Below are positions 1 through 10,571 of a DNA stretch of 64,000 nt, piece by piece. The notes beneath the pieces were generated by a model. It made no database searches. It saw only the letters and a list, made by a program, of their open reading frames with translations, and was not told where the DNA came from. A program made the position numbers and the translations under genes. Origin of the DNA: Haliotis rubra. Its lineage: Eukaryota. The stretch covers positions 7,626,001-7,690,000 of the forward strand of contig NW_025766968.1 of the NCBI RefSeq assembly GCF_003918875.1, written 5' to 3'. Each line of letters begins with the position of its first letter. The stretch's first letter is position 1.

Positions 1-118
1 GTAATGTTGTTATGATGAAGTCCCCCCTGGAGGGTTGACCGGGTTGTCCACCAGACACTGGTCTCCATGATACAGGATCATGTAGACGATGTCCATGTGT
101 ATCCAAAACAATTCTATT
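1..118 (-). CDS. Possible internal coding exon running off the window edge
   Basis: Acceptor TTTTGAAG, then open frame NRIVLDTHGHRLHDPVSWRPVSGGQPGQPSRGDFIITTL; higher GC than its flanks. Confidence 0.25.
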
Positions 119-232
119 CTTCAAAACAAATAGTGTTTTAATTTCACCAAATGTGTAATATTTTTACTTGTGGCATGAAAGCTATTAGCATAACATGATT
201 TGAAACATCTGGTACTTTACACTTAACTTCAT

Positions 233-397
233 GAGTGAGTGAGTATGGTTTTACGTCGCTTTTATCAATATATTCCAGCAATATCACGGCAGGGTACACA
301 AGAAATGGGCTTCACACATTGTAACCATGTGAGGAATCGAAGCCGGGTCTTCAGCGTGTCGAGCAAACGCTTTAACCACTAGGCTACCCCAATGCCC
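233..397 (-). mobile_element. tRNA-derived SINE (family 1, tRNA-Asp-like head, (ACTC)n tail)
   Basis: A box TAGCCTAGTGG, B-box-like GCTTCGATTCC on the minus strand; 12-bp TSD TTAACTTCATGA at 223-234 and 399-410. Confidence 0.9.
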
Positions 398-419
398 GTT
401 AACTTCATGAAGATAAGGG

Positions 420-640
420 GTGTGTTACATACCCTTATGAAAAACAGGTATATGTTATATACCCCTATGAATAACAGGTTATGTTATGTGTATCCTTATG
501 AATAATAGGTGTATGTCAGGTGGTACATGTGTGTCCTATTGAATAATTGGAGTATGTTACACGTGCCCTTATAAATAACATGTTTTTGTTATGTACCTTT
601 ATGAATATTAGGTATGTCATATGAACCCTTATGAATAAAA
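420..640. repeat. Degenerate tandem repeat (TATGTTAT..ACCCTTATGAATAA.AGG), ~7 copies
   Basis: Recurring CCCTTATGAATAA and GTATGTTA motifs. Confidence 0.7.
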
Positions 641-663
641 CCTGTGAAGATCCAAAGTTGGAA

Positions 664-737
664 CATCCTCGATATCTCCAGGGTATACATTCGTATGGAG
701 ATTTATCGGAACGTATACCCTGGAGATATTGAGGATG
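664..737. mobile_element. Mini-MITE with 25-bp TIRs and ~9-bp TSD
   Basis: CATCCTCGATATCTCCAGGGTATAC / GTATACCCTGGAGATATTGAGGATG; flanks AAGTTGGAA / AGGTTGGAA; related copy at ~9062-9122. Confidence 0.8.
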
Positions 738-835
738 AGGTTGGAATTGATCTTCAGTAACCCATGCTTGTCATAAGAGACGACTAAGGGATCGGGTGGT
801 CAAGCTCGCTGTCTTGGTTGACACATACCATCGTG

Positions 836-989
836 ATCTGTTTGACTGGCATGTATAGAAGTTGGTGAGTAATAAGAAAGTAAGATACTTTATGGATAAC
901 AATGGTATAAGAATCTGCACCGAAACATCGCATCATATGTAATATAGAAGTTGTTATCCATAAAGTACATGAATCTTACTTTCTTACAA
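836..989. mobile_element. MITE-like insertion with internal inverted repeat and 9-bp TSD
   Basis: TSD ACCATCGTG at 827-835 and 990-998; TAAGAAAGTAAGATACTTTATGGATAACAA is inverted at ~951-986. Confidence 0.7.
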
Positions 990-3900
990 ACCATCGTGTC
1001 CTAATTGCGTAGAATGATGCTCATGATGTTGATCACTGGATCGTCTGGTCCAGACTTGATTATGTACAGACCGCCGCCGCCATATACGCTCGTAGCTGGA
1101 ATATTGCTGAGTGCAGCGTTAAACAACCAACCAACGATCAGCACACCCTAACAAGGTCTCTAGTTTGTTTCAATCAGATGGTCCCTGTTTACAAACACCC
1201 TCTTGCTTCAACTTCAATACCCTCTACACCCACACAGTACACAAACCCAGAATTCAACTGTGCAAAATCATCCATTGACATTAAGATGGCTTGACATACA
1301 TTAACAAAACGATTATATATTTCTAATCTACACGTTTTACATACAATTTTGTTATTTATGTACTTGTTACGCACATCTCATTTCGCAAATACAACAACTG
1401 TTGTTAATTTATATCCTCACATCCACCACTTTCCTAATCAAATTGATAGATTCACTATTGAACACCCAAGTTAAATAGTCAAGTGAAAGTTAATATAAAT
1501 ATAGACATGTTCTACTTACCTGTCCTGTTTTAAATCCCTCCTCAGCAAAACATTTTGAATATCACCTCCCAACACAGCACTATCTCGCACTGATGGCATG
1601 TATTTCACTATAAAACACGTTCATTTCTGTCATGCAGTGTTCATATCTTCAGGTTGGCTGCAGTCTTACCACAACTGGTCTGTACTTATCAGTCTATTCA
1701 CTTGTAGATTTCAAAATCAATCCCTCTGACATGGTCATTGTTGTGCTGAACCACGTCTCAAGCCTTCCGATAGCTGTGGGCAGTAAATGGGTTAATAATA
1801 GGTACTAAGCGTTACCGTGAAGGTGGCATGTTACTGTAAACATGAATATAGACAGGCTATTGTGAAGCTACTGACTGAAATGTACGCACGTTGATTTCTC
1901 CTCAGTGGTCCTTAGGGGGTGGAAATCTCTCATTGCTACCAAGCAGAAGGGTGGCTAATGTCTCTGTGGACTTTTGAAAACGAATGAGAGTGGATTTACT
2001 TCAGTGGGACATTATGTGAAGTAGGTAGTAAGTGCATATGCTTGGTTGATAAGAATGACAAACAGATTATTCACTTCCATAGTGCAAAACATTTGTCTCT
2101 GCCTTCATAACATGGTAAAATGAGGCTATGAAAAATATCAGTGTAAACTTGAATTTATTAAAACAATCTTAGGGCATGGTTTTATTTATGGTAACATATT
2201 TTACTAACACATAAAGTAGTCATGACAAATCAAATGATAAATCAAACTCATTGATTGATTTCTCAGCTTTGCAATGATGAATTATGGTCAAAATATGTTT
2301 CAGTAATGGTGACAATTTGTTTCTAATTTGATATAAAATATTTATCACAAATGTTCAAACATAAGATAAATAACTGAAAATTATTTTTATCACAATTGGC
2401 TATATCAATAAGGCCACAATAAATCAATTTATAAATTTTCATCCATAATTTTAGTGAATGCAATGCAGAAGGCATCTTACTAGTCTGTGGTACAGACCCT
2501 GAAGCAAATATATCCAAGAAAGCCCACGCAAGTCTAAAAAATGTGGCAAGTCTGAAAGAAAGTCTCAGGGCTCCTTTTCATTATATTATATATTTTTTTA
2601 CTATGAACTTTTTCCAGTAGAATATGTTCATTTCAGAGACTAGTTGTTAGTCTAGCATCTTACTTGCATTAGCGTTTTGTTCAAGGCCCCAGTTTACCTA
2701 ACCTGTTGATTTGTATGAAGCAAGAACATAATAGTTGCCATTTTAGTAACAAACTGAGCTTTTATTCCACTTGGATATTACTTAAAACATTCCTAAATCA
2801 ACCTTGCTCTATCATTGATGAGATTATGAAATTGAAACTTAACAGACTTACAAACTTAAGTATATGAATAAATACACACAATTCAAAATCAACAAATGAC
2901 ATCTATTTAAGCCAGGTTTGTCCTTGATTTTACAACTAAATATTCTTACTTTTTTATTTCACATTAGATCAACAGTGAACTTAAAACCTGTGATATACCT
3001 GTCAAACACACCTATCAGGTGTACTCTTAGCAGGCTACAAATCAGGTGTATATGTTATACAGTCAACAAGGACATCAACATGCATGTGTGCCCTATAGTT
3101 ACAGACAAACGTGATGTTGAATATGATTATATGCATATACAGATATGTGTGGCGTCTGTGTATGGATCTAAATAGGAAGTGACAACATCAAATTGACTTC
3201 TTGCGAGTATTGTTGAACAGCTTGCTCAGCAAGGCTGAATGTACAATGATAATGATGACTTACCTACTAGATAAGTAATGTATGTTATATTTGGGATTAT
3301 TATTTCTCAGTAAAGTACTGCTTCTAGTACTTTTGTTAGGTTGAGTCCCATCCAAGGCTTCAAACCTGCACTCAGAGTCAGGTACCTAATCGCCAGCACA
3401 TAAAGTCAGCCATCAAATCCATTCAGCATTGGTATAGTGTATTCGCATCTAAATAATCATCTATAAGTAGCAATGATGTGCTTAAAATAATACACAGACT
3501 AGCACAAGTCTCTAAGGTAAAAATTAATAGTTTAAATCATACTTTCTAAAACATGATAAATAACAGACTGTACTGTTCGCTTATCTAGACTTGCTTCTTC
3601 GAGGATAGAATTACTATACATCCATGGGGTCAGCATTCAGTACAGCCTTGGAGCAAGGCTAAGTAAAATTGAGTTGAATTAAGTTGAAATGCCAACAATC
3701 AACTACAGACATAACAAACTAACATTAGTGGTCCCTTTGACCTTGTCATAACCAAACTTTACTATACATGTCATAGCTACCTGGTAATTTGGCCTTGGAA
3801 TTAAATGTTCATGTGTATCATGACGATGGTTATTCTGAATTGATTGTTATGACAAAGTCAACTTTCATCTTGGTATTAAGACCTTATTTCTCACTCATGA

Positions 3901-4440
3901 TTGTCTGTAAGTATTGCATACTGGTAACTGGTTGAGTGTTGGTTACCTAGATGTCAAATGTTTGCAATTAGGGCTACAGTGAAAAGGTGGTGAAGCCATT
4001 TGTGTAGTAAGTATTCATTATGATTTTGCATCTTTATCATATTTGACTTTGTCCTTCTGTTTTCACAAACTATGTCTATTATCAACGTCAGAGTTTTTCA
4101 ACTTCACTTTTGATGTCTCATAATGAGCCATTTCTGACAAAAACAGTACCAAACTTAAAAAGTCTAATGAACTTTGTGTGTGCGTGCGTACGTGTGTTGT
4201 GTGTGGTGTGTCACATAAAGTGAACATTCACAGGTAAGAAAGAGATAAAATGACAGATTGACCATACACAATTAATAGTATCTCCCTGGATTTGTCAGTG
4301 CAACCCTGATATGTTGTTACAGATGTTGTAATTATAATCATAATAATAGGATAAATAAAATTATAAAACCTTCTCTTGCAATGTATCGCAAATGCTCACG
4401 GTAAGGGCAGGTAACTCATCCCAACCTCAGTCAGTGAGTG

Positions 4441-4443
<3 letters not shown>

Positions 4444-4493
<50 letters not shown>

Positions 4494-4643
4494 AGTTTTA
4501 CGCCGCATTTGGCAATATTCCAGCAATATCACGGCGGGGGACACCAGAAATGGGCTTCACACATTGCACCCATGTGGGGAATCGAACCCGAGCCTTCGGT
4601 GTGACGAGCGAACGCTTTAACCACAAGGCTACCCCACCGCCCA
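4444..4643 (-). mobile_element. Family-1 tRNA-SINE whose tail is a (TG)24 microsatellite
   Basis: Full A and B boxes; (TG)n 4442-4490; TSD AGTGAGTGCTG at 4433-4443 and 4644-4654. Confidence 0.9.
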
Positions 4644-5389
4644 AGTGAGTGCTGAAACCGTGGTCATGAGGGTACCCTTAGTTTACGTGGATTTGAACCA
4701 AATTCCTTCTTCAAAGATGGGATATAGTTTGTGCACTACAGGCTGTGGTAAATGGAAGATGTGTAATAGCTGTATTTAGAGCTAGGCTTGGTTTCATGAT
4801 TTTGTTATGATGAAATATGTTTTTGAAAAATTGATATTTTGGGGAACATTTGTCATAACACTGATGAAACTTGTCTTTTTTTAAAGAAAAAAAGTATATA
4901 CTTAAAAAATCATACCTTAAGGTATATTTTTATCATGTGACAAAGGCATTTTTAAAACAAATTCAAAATGAATGACTTTCACATGTGGTCTGCATTTTAT
5001 CAATTTCATTTACCTCCCTTTGAAACCTGCCCCCCACCCCCACCCCCTCGCTGATGCTAATCTGTGTGATTTTTTAAAAGTTTTTGTGGCTTTTTTAGTA
5101 ATGAGAAAGGGGCTTTCAGTCTAGAAAAATGAGACAATTTGCGAAGGAAACGAATTGGGAAAATCCCAATGCCAAAATATAAAGGAATCAACTTTGTCTA
5201 TTAAGAGCCTATGGCCTGTCTTAGTAATTCTACCTTATCATTTAATTTTTCAAGAGTATATATTTAAACTTGTATATAAATATTTTATATTTGTTTTAAA
5301 ATTAGTTATTTTATCAATGAGACAACAAGAGTCATCAGAAGATGACTATCCCACCAGTTTCACATAAATCCTAAGATCTTTCTTCTGCA

Positions 5390-5770
5390 CCAGAAACAAA
5401 CCCTAACCCAGGATTCAATTCTAAGTCTAGCCATGGAAATAAAATTTTGCAGTAATATGAAAATATCAAAAGGCACCCCTTCAATACTTGGTTGATGCAT
5501 ATGTAAAGTTTCAGAAACATACAATAAATGGTTTTAAAGTTCTTCTCTGAAAACGAACCCAGTCTTGGTTTGATCTAAGTCCAGCTTGCAGCCATAGAGA
5601 CAGAAAAAATGTAAAAATGACAATTCTGAAAATATCAAAAGGCACCATTTCAGTACTTGGTTGATGCGTTCAGATAAAAATAATGAACGGTTTTCAAGTT
5701 CTGATTACAGACGGACGGACGGACGGACAGACAGACAAGGTGATGACTACATGTATATCCCACGGTATTA
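5390..5770. repeat. Interspersed non-autonomous element with ~170-bp internal direct repeat and (GGAC/AGAC)n tract
   Basis: GAAAATATCAAAAGGCACC..TACTTGGTTGATGC occurs twice (~5459, ~5628); ACGGACGGACGGACAGACAG at ~5708-5737. Confidence 0.5.
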
Positions 5771-6579
5771 CATACCGTTGGGATACTACACACAATTTTC
5801 ACAGATTAAGTGATTATCAAAACCATTATATATTCCCTAATTCAAAGATTTATCATCAAGTAGGGCTAGACTAAACTAAACAGACCGAGGTATGATAATG
5901 ATAACCACTGATGACTGCAACATATGACACAAGACAGGAAACTCTCTCACTCACTGCACATGCAACTATACAATAAAAACATATCTTCAACTTAGTTCCT
6001 TTAACACTTCCCCTTTGAATTTGTGGTTGACATACAGAGTGCAAGAACATTATCTCCCCACAGAGTAATGGGTGTTTTTGAACAATTTTATCCAATTCCA
6101 CCTAATTTTTCTCCACTATTTTTCTATTTATAAAACCACTATGAACACCCTTGACCTTAAATTGTGTTCCCACTAATCAGCATTGATAAGAACACATTTG
6201 TGATGCAAAGATTTAATTTTTTCCACCAAATGTGAATATTTGATGAACAGTTGTCACTTTTCTGGTATGTTTGGTTTTTGGGGTCCTGACGGTGCCATTT
6301 TTGTATGTTTTTTCATATGAGAAATATGGACAATTAAAATTCATAAAAATGATGGGTTTCTTTCTTATGGTTAATATGATATTGTGATATTTTTCTTATA
6401 ATAATATCACATGTTAAGAAAAATCCTTGAGCATAGCTACAATGTGTTGTTCTTCTGGAGATTAATTATTCCAACAATTGTACAGGTTTGTAGTTAATTA
6501 AACTGAAATCATATATTGAATTTTCCTTTGAAAAAATTACACGAATCGAGAAGACATACGAATTTCCAAACAAAATTAC

Positions 6580-6678
6580 ATCGTAACTGAATGAAACGTC
6601 GTCCTCATGAAAATAAACCTCGGTATCATTGTATATTGTACGAACGCTTCGGTCAATTGCACTTGAAAAGGAACTCAT
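6580..6678 (-). CDS. Possible first coding exon of a divergently transcribed neighbouring gene
   Basis: ATG 6678, 33 codons (MSSFSSAIDRSVRTIYNDTEVYFHEDDVSFSYD), then GTAATT donor in phase 0. Lies in a relatively CpG-rich stretch. Phase-compatible with the open exon at 118-1. Confidence 0.25.
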
Positions 6679-7424
6679 GGAAAAATACCCGCAAATTCGA
6701 GATTGTTTCAACCATTCTATGCAATATTTGTTTATGGGTAACGGTCCCCATCAAACTTTATAAACCAATTCCTTCTTAAGACATTGTCCTTAATCAAGTT
6801 GTACATCTTTGATTGCAACATTTAGGTGGAAAGAAAACCACATCAGAGATATTCTCCTACCTCAACGGAACAGGTTGTCACAAATCTGGGAATCTCCCGT
6901 CACTGTTTGTCAGACGACCTGATCTGCACGTGCGCTTATACCATCATTCATTGGCTGATTTTTAGCGTCGACGATTTTGCGTGGAATACCATGGACTTTC
7001 ATAAAACCACTGTTTCTGGCATTGGATATTTTGATAAGATGGCATATGATCACCGTTTCTCTTAAATATATCACGAATAAGGCTCCAACGATGGTCACAA
7101 TGATATGTGATTATATTTATTGAGCGTTTAAGATTTATATACTATTTTCCCTAGAGCTGTTTGTCAACGTGTAAAGAATTAATTGGCAAGAAATATTACA
7201 CAACACATACTGACAGTTCTCCGAATGACTTTGCTGTTTGAGCAACTGTGAATAGTATCCATACGTTTCTTTCACTGGAATTTGTCAGTGTTCACATGGC
7301 TGTATTTTATCAGTTAATCCATGATCAATGCTTTGTTTTCTTGCCGATGCATAGAGAACAAGTCAAATGAACGGCTCATATACTGTCGGGTGGAAGCTTG
7401 GACTTTGTAATGCCACACACTCAC

Positions 7425-7533
7425 GAGTGAGTTTAGTTTTACGCCGCTTTTAGCAATATTCCATCAATAACATGGGAATCGAACCCGGGTTGACGAGCGT
7501 ACGCGTTAACCACTATGCTACCCCACCGTCTCC
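7425..7533 (-). mobile_element. Internally deleted family-1 SINE
   Basis: GAGTGAGTTTAGTTTTACGCCGCTTTTAGCAATATTCC tail plus GGGAATCGAACCCGGG. Confidence 0.8.
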
Positions 7534-7774
7534 CACACTCTCATGAACCATTTTACTGATGGACAGTGTCTATATACAAACCACCAGGGTTTAATTTAAG
7601 TTTCCATTTCTTTCACACTAAGATTTCGTAATGTTTTTTTCCGTAACATTGTAGGCATAATATTTTCATGATATTTTACTTCTATGTAAAATGTTATTGA
7701 AATATATTTTTATACGAACGATGTTCATATTACAACATTTTCAAAACTATTTCAAAATATGTTATTAAATATAT

Positions 7775-8205
7775 AATGACATGTGTGATATGTGAGAGCG
7801 AATGTTGTTCTAGTGACATAAGTGATATGTGAGAGCGAATGTTGTTCTACTGACACGTGTGATATGTGAGGGTGTCATGTTGATCTATTGACTTGTGCAA
7901 TCTGCGAGTGGTCTGTGTTGATCTAGTGACATGTGTGATGTGTGAGAGCGAATGTTGTTCTAGTGACATAAGTGACATGTGAGAGCGAATGTTGTTCTAC
8001 TGACACGTGTGATATGTGAGGGTGTCATGTTGATCTATTGACTTGTGCAATCTGCGAGTGGGCTGTGTTGATCTAGTGGCGTGTGATATGTGAGAGCGAA
8101 TGTTGTTCTAGTGACATGTGTGGTATGTGAGGGTGTCTTGTTGATCTAGAGACGTGTGATGTGTGTCTTGTTGATCAAGTGACGTGTGATGTGTGTGAGT
8201 GTCAT
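7775..8205. repeat. ~37-bp minisatellite with a 150-bp higher-order period
   Basis: Unit GTGACATGTGTGATATGTGAGAGCGAATGTTGTTCTA; the block starting 7791 repeats at 7941. Confidence 0.9.
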
Positions 8206-9469
8206 GTCGAGGCAATGCCGGGCCATCCGTTACCACTCGTGGATTTCCGTAACGTGTAAGAAGATGTGTGAGCGACGAATGACATGCAGAGAAGCTCCTT
8301 CCCAGTCAGTGACACCCTCGGTTCACAGATCAATATAGCGCTTGGAAAGGTACAGTATGTGTGTCTGTGAGGTGCAGTCCATGCACAACGGTTTACATAG
8401 CGTTTATCTCCCTTGTCTCCATGGTCACGACAGGTAAACGGATTTAGGCTGACAAGTAATACGAACACACTCATTTACTTGATTGGTTTATGAAACTGGG
8501 ACAATGCACGGATGCATCAGGATTGATCTTCATATGACTACATACACTGAACACTAAAGGATAGATAGTGAATGGACAGATCAAATCGTTTGTCAACACC
8601 AAGGGCTCTGTGAGGTAAGCAATAACACATTACGTGTGTGACATGTATCGTACAAGTTATGTTATCTGCTCACAGCCATAGACAGATTTTGTTTCAAGTG
8701 TTTCGAGTACTGTGCAGATACAATGCATATCCTGGGCCCCGGACAATTAGACAGCGTGACCCGGGCCTACTGCACTCTTCGACTACCGGTCAGCGAAGAC
8801 TCGTCCACTTGGTTCAAGATGTAAACACAATTTCGTGCATGCAAAAAAAGCATATACATGTACATATATTTGTGAATCTTCAGCGCGTCAGCATATTTTC
8901 TACAAAGGAATTTAACGGTGTGGCTGTAAATAAACAGAAACAAAGTGAAACTAAATTGCCTAGTTTTGTGTCCTGAATGATTTACTAACTTTGTACAAAA
9001 TGTTTCAACATTTTCTGCTTTTTAAGAGATCGCTCAAGATCGCATGGCTCATATATTAAACTTCCTGGATAATCTCCAGTGGAGATTTATCGGAACGTAA
9101 ACCCTGGAGATTATCGAGCATGATTTTAATTTTTTTAGGGCTGTCAGTTTGTCGTTTGAAATAGTTCACACAGGTCAACCGGTTGAAATCAATTAAGTAT
9201 AATCATATGGAATTTGGTGTGATATGATTTGCGTGGATGGGTCTCTTCTTAAGTTCTTAACCAAGCGGTCGAAACAAAACTGGAGTCAAACTGAGGGCTT
9301 TACGTTCTTAGAACGGCGAGATTCTTGCTGTAAAAACTCCAAATGTCAAGTTTTTCAGTTAGTGTGATCCTCAGTCTCGTGCCTATGAATCGCTACCTTT
9401 CGTTTATTTGTGCAATTCTTCTTTCGAAGTGCACCTGAATTTGTTCTGCGTAGTTTTACACTCACCGCA

Positions 9470-9571
9470 GAGTGAGTTGGGTTTTACGCCGCTTTTTGCA
9501 ATATTCCAGCAATATCACGGCTTCACACATTGTACCCATGTGGGGAATCGAACCCGGGCCTTCGGCGTGAC
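9470..9571 (-). mobile_element. Truncated family-1 SINE
   Basis: Tail plus B box; internal segment missing. Confidence 0.8.
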
Positions 9572-9637
9572 GTCACCTCAGAACATAAATTACTGTTCTA
9601 ATCGGTCAAGCTGCAATTGTTTGATTGCAGTTAACTG

Positions 9638-9812
9638 TGTGTTAACGACAACGACGTCAGAGAGGTCTGGATGTGTTAACGACAACGACGTCAGAGAGGT
9701 CTGGATGTGTTAACGACAACGACGTCAGAGAGGTCAGGATGTGTTAACGACAACGACGTCAGAAAGGTCAGGATGTGTTAACGACAACGACGTCAGAGAG
9801 GACTGGATGTGT
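9638..9812. repeat. 34-bp tandem repeat, 5 copies
   Basis: TGTGTTAACGACAACGACGTCAGAGAGGTCTGGA head-to-tail, no spacers. Confidence 0.95.
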
Positions 9813-10571
9813 TCACTTTACCTCCTCCAGTTCTTTGGAGAATAGATTTGATACCTCAATGCTAAATTCTACACTTTCAAGTGTATTTTTAGGAAGAGAG
9901 GGACAGATACCTCTAGTATGACATATGTGCTCGTTAAAAGTTAACTGCTTTGGGGACACAGAAAAGTAACTAAAAGTTATCTGTCTCCCTGTCTGTCTGC
10001 CTGACAAAAAATGTTTTTTAACAATTGATCATTATTTTGTTGTCACTTACCGCTAGTTGTTACGATGGAGGACCACTTGCTGGTAGAACAGCCAGGTAAT
10101 CAACAAGCGTCTGTAGTGAACTTTCAATTTCATACGTGCAACTCGCACACCTGGCTGTTCTACAGAGGTGGTCCCTCCTTATAAAAGATAGCTGTAAGTA
10201 ACACCAATCAGAGTTCTAATTCTAACAATACTTTCTAAAGATTGTAACAGTTTCTGTCTTCGAAAAGTATACAATGGACATTCAAGGAATTTTATGAAAA
10301 ATATTCTCACATACATGGCCACATTGACATGATGTGTAATGGGAGGTCATCTGCATGTAATAATTATTACTAATTAGTCGTTGGGATTTACTTACTAATC
10401 TTAGATCGTCATGACACCTCAAGAGTTAAGAATACCTGATTTGGGATGTTTTATTTAATTTTGAACAGGATGCAAATATAAAATAATATTTTACCTCTTC
10501 CTTTTCAGACAACCACAGAGACAGTAGACTTGATGTGCTTTGTCACATGAAGTCAAAACATCCTCTTTCCT

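Larger units (their letters stand above)
643..1135 (+). mobile_element. Family-2 short retroposon interrupted by two small insertions
   Basis: Matches the copies at 12001 and 60592 (GTGAAGATCC..CCCATGCTTGTC.TAAGAG.CGACTAA..GCTGGAATATTGCTGAGTGC.GCGTTAAAC tail). Confidence 0.85.

Noticed and set aside
1520-1599. Minus-strand mini-exon MPSVRDSAVLGG.. with a good GTAAGT donor
   Set aside because: In-frame stop just upstream, and its phase-2 end leads to a stop in the 118-1 exon; unsupported as coding.
4392-4620. Short ORFs containing TPLLAIFQQYHGGGHQKW / ARHAEDPGSIPHMG (also 9408, 13774, 13980, 34154, 41390, 43719)
   Set aside because: Translations of SINE copies and microsatellites, not genes.
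9638-9812. CRISPR-like 34-bp repeats
   Set aside because: Head-to-tail with no unique spacers, no cas genes, eukaryotic context.
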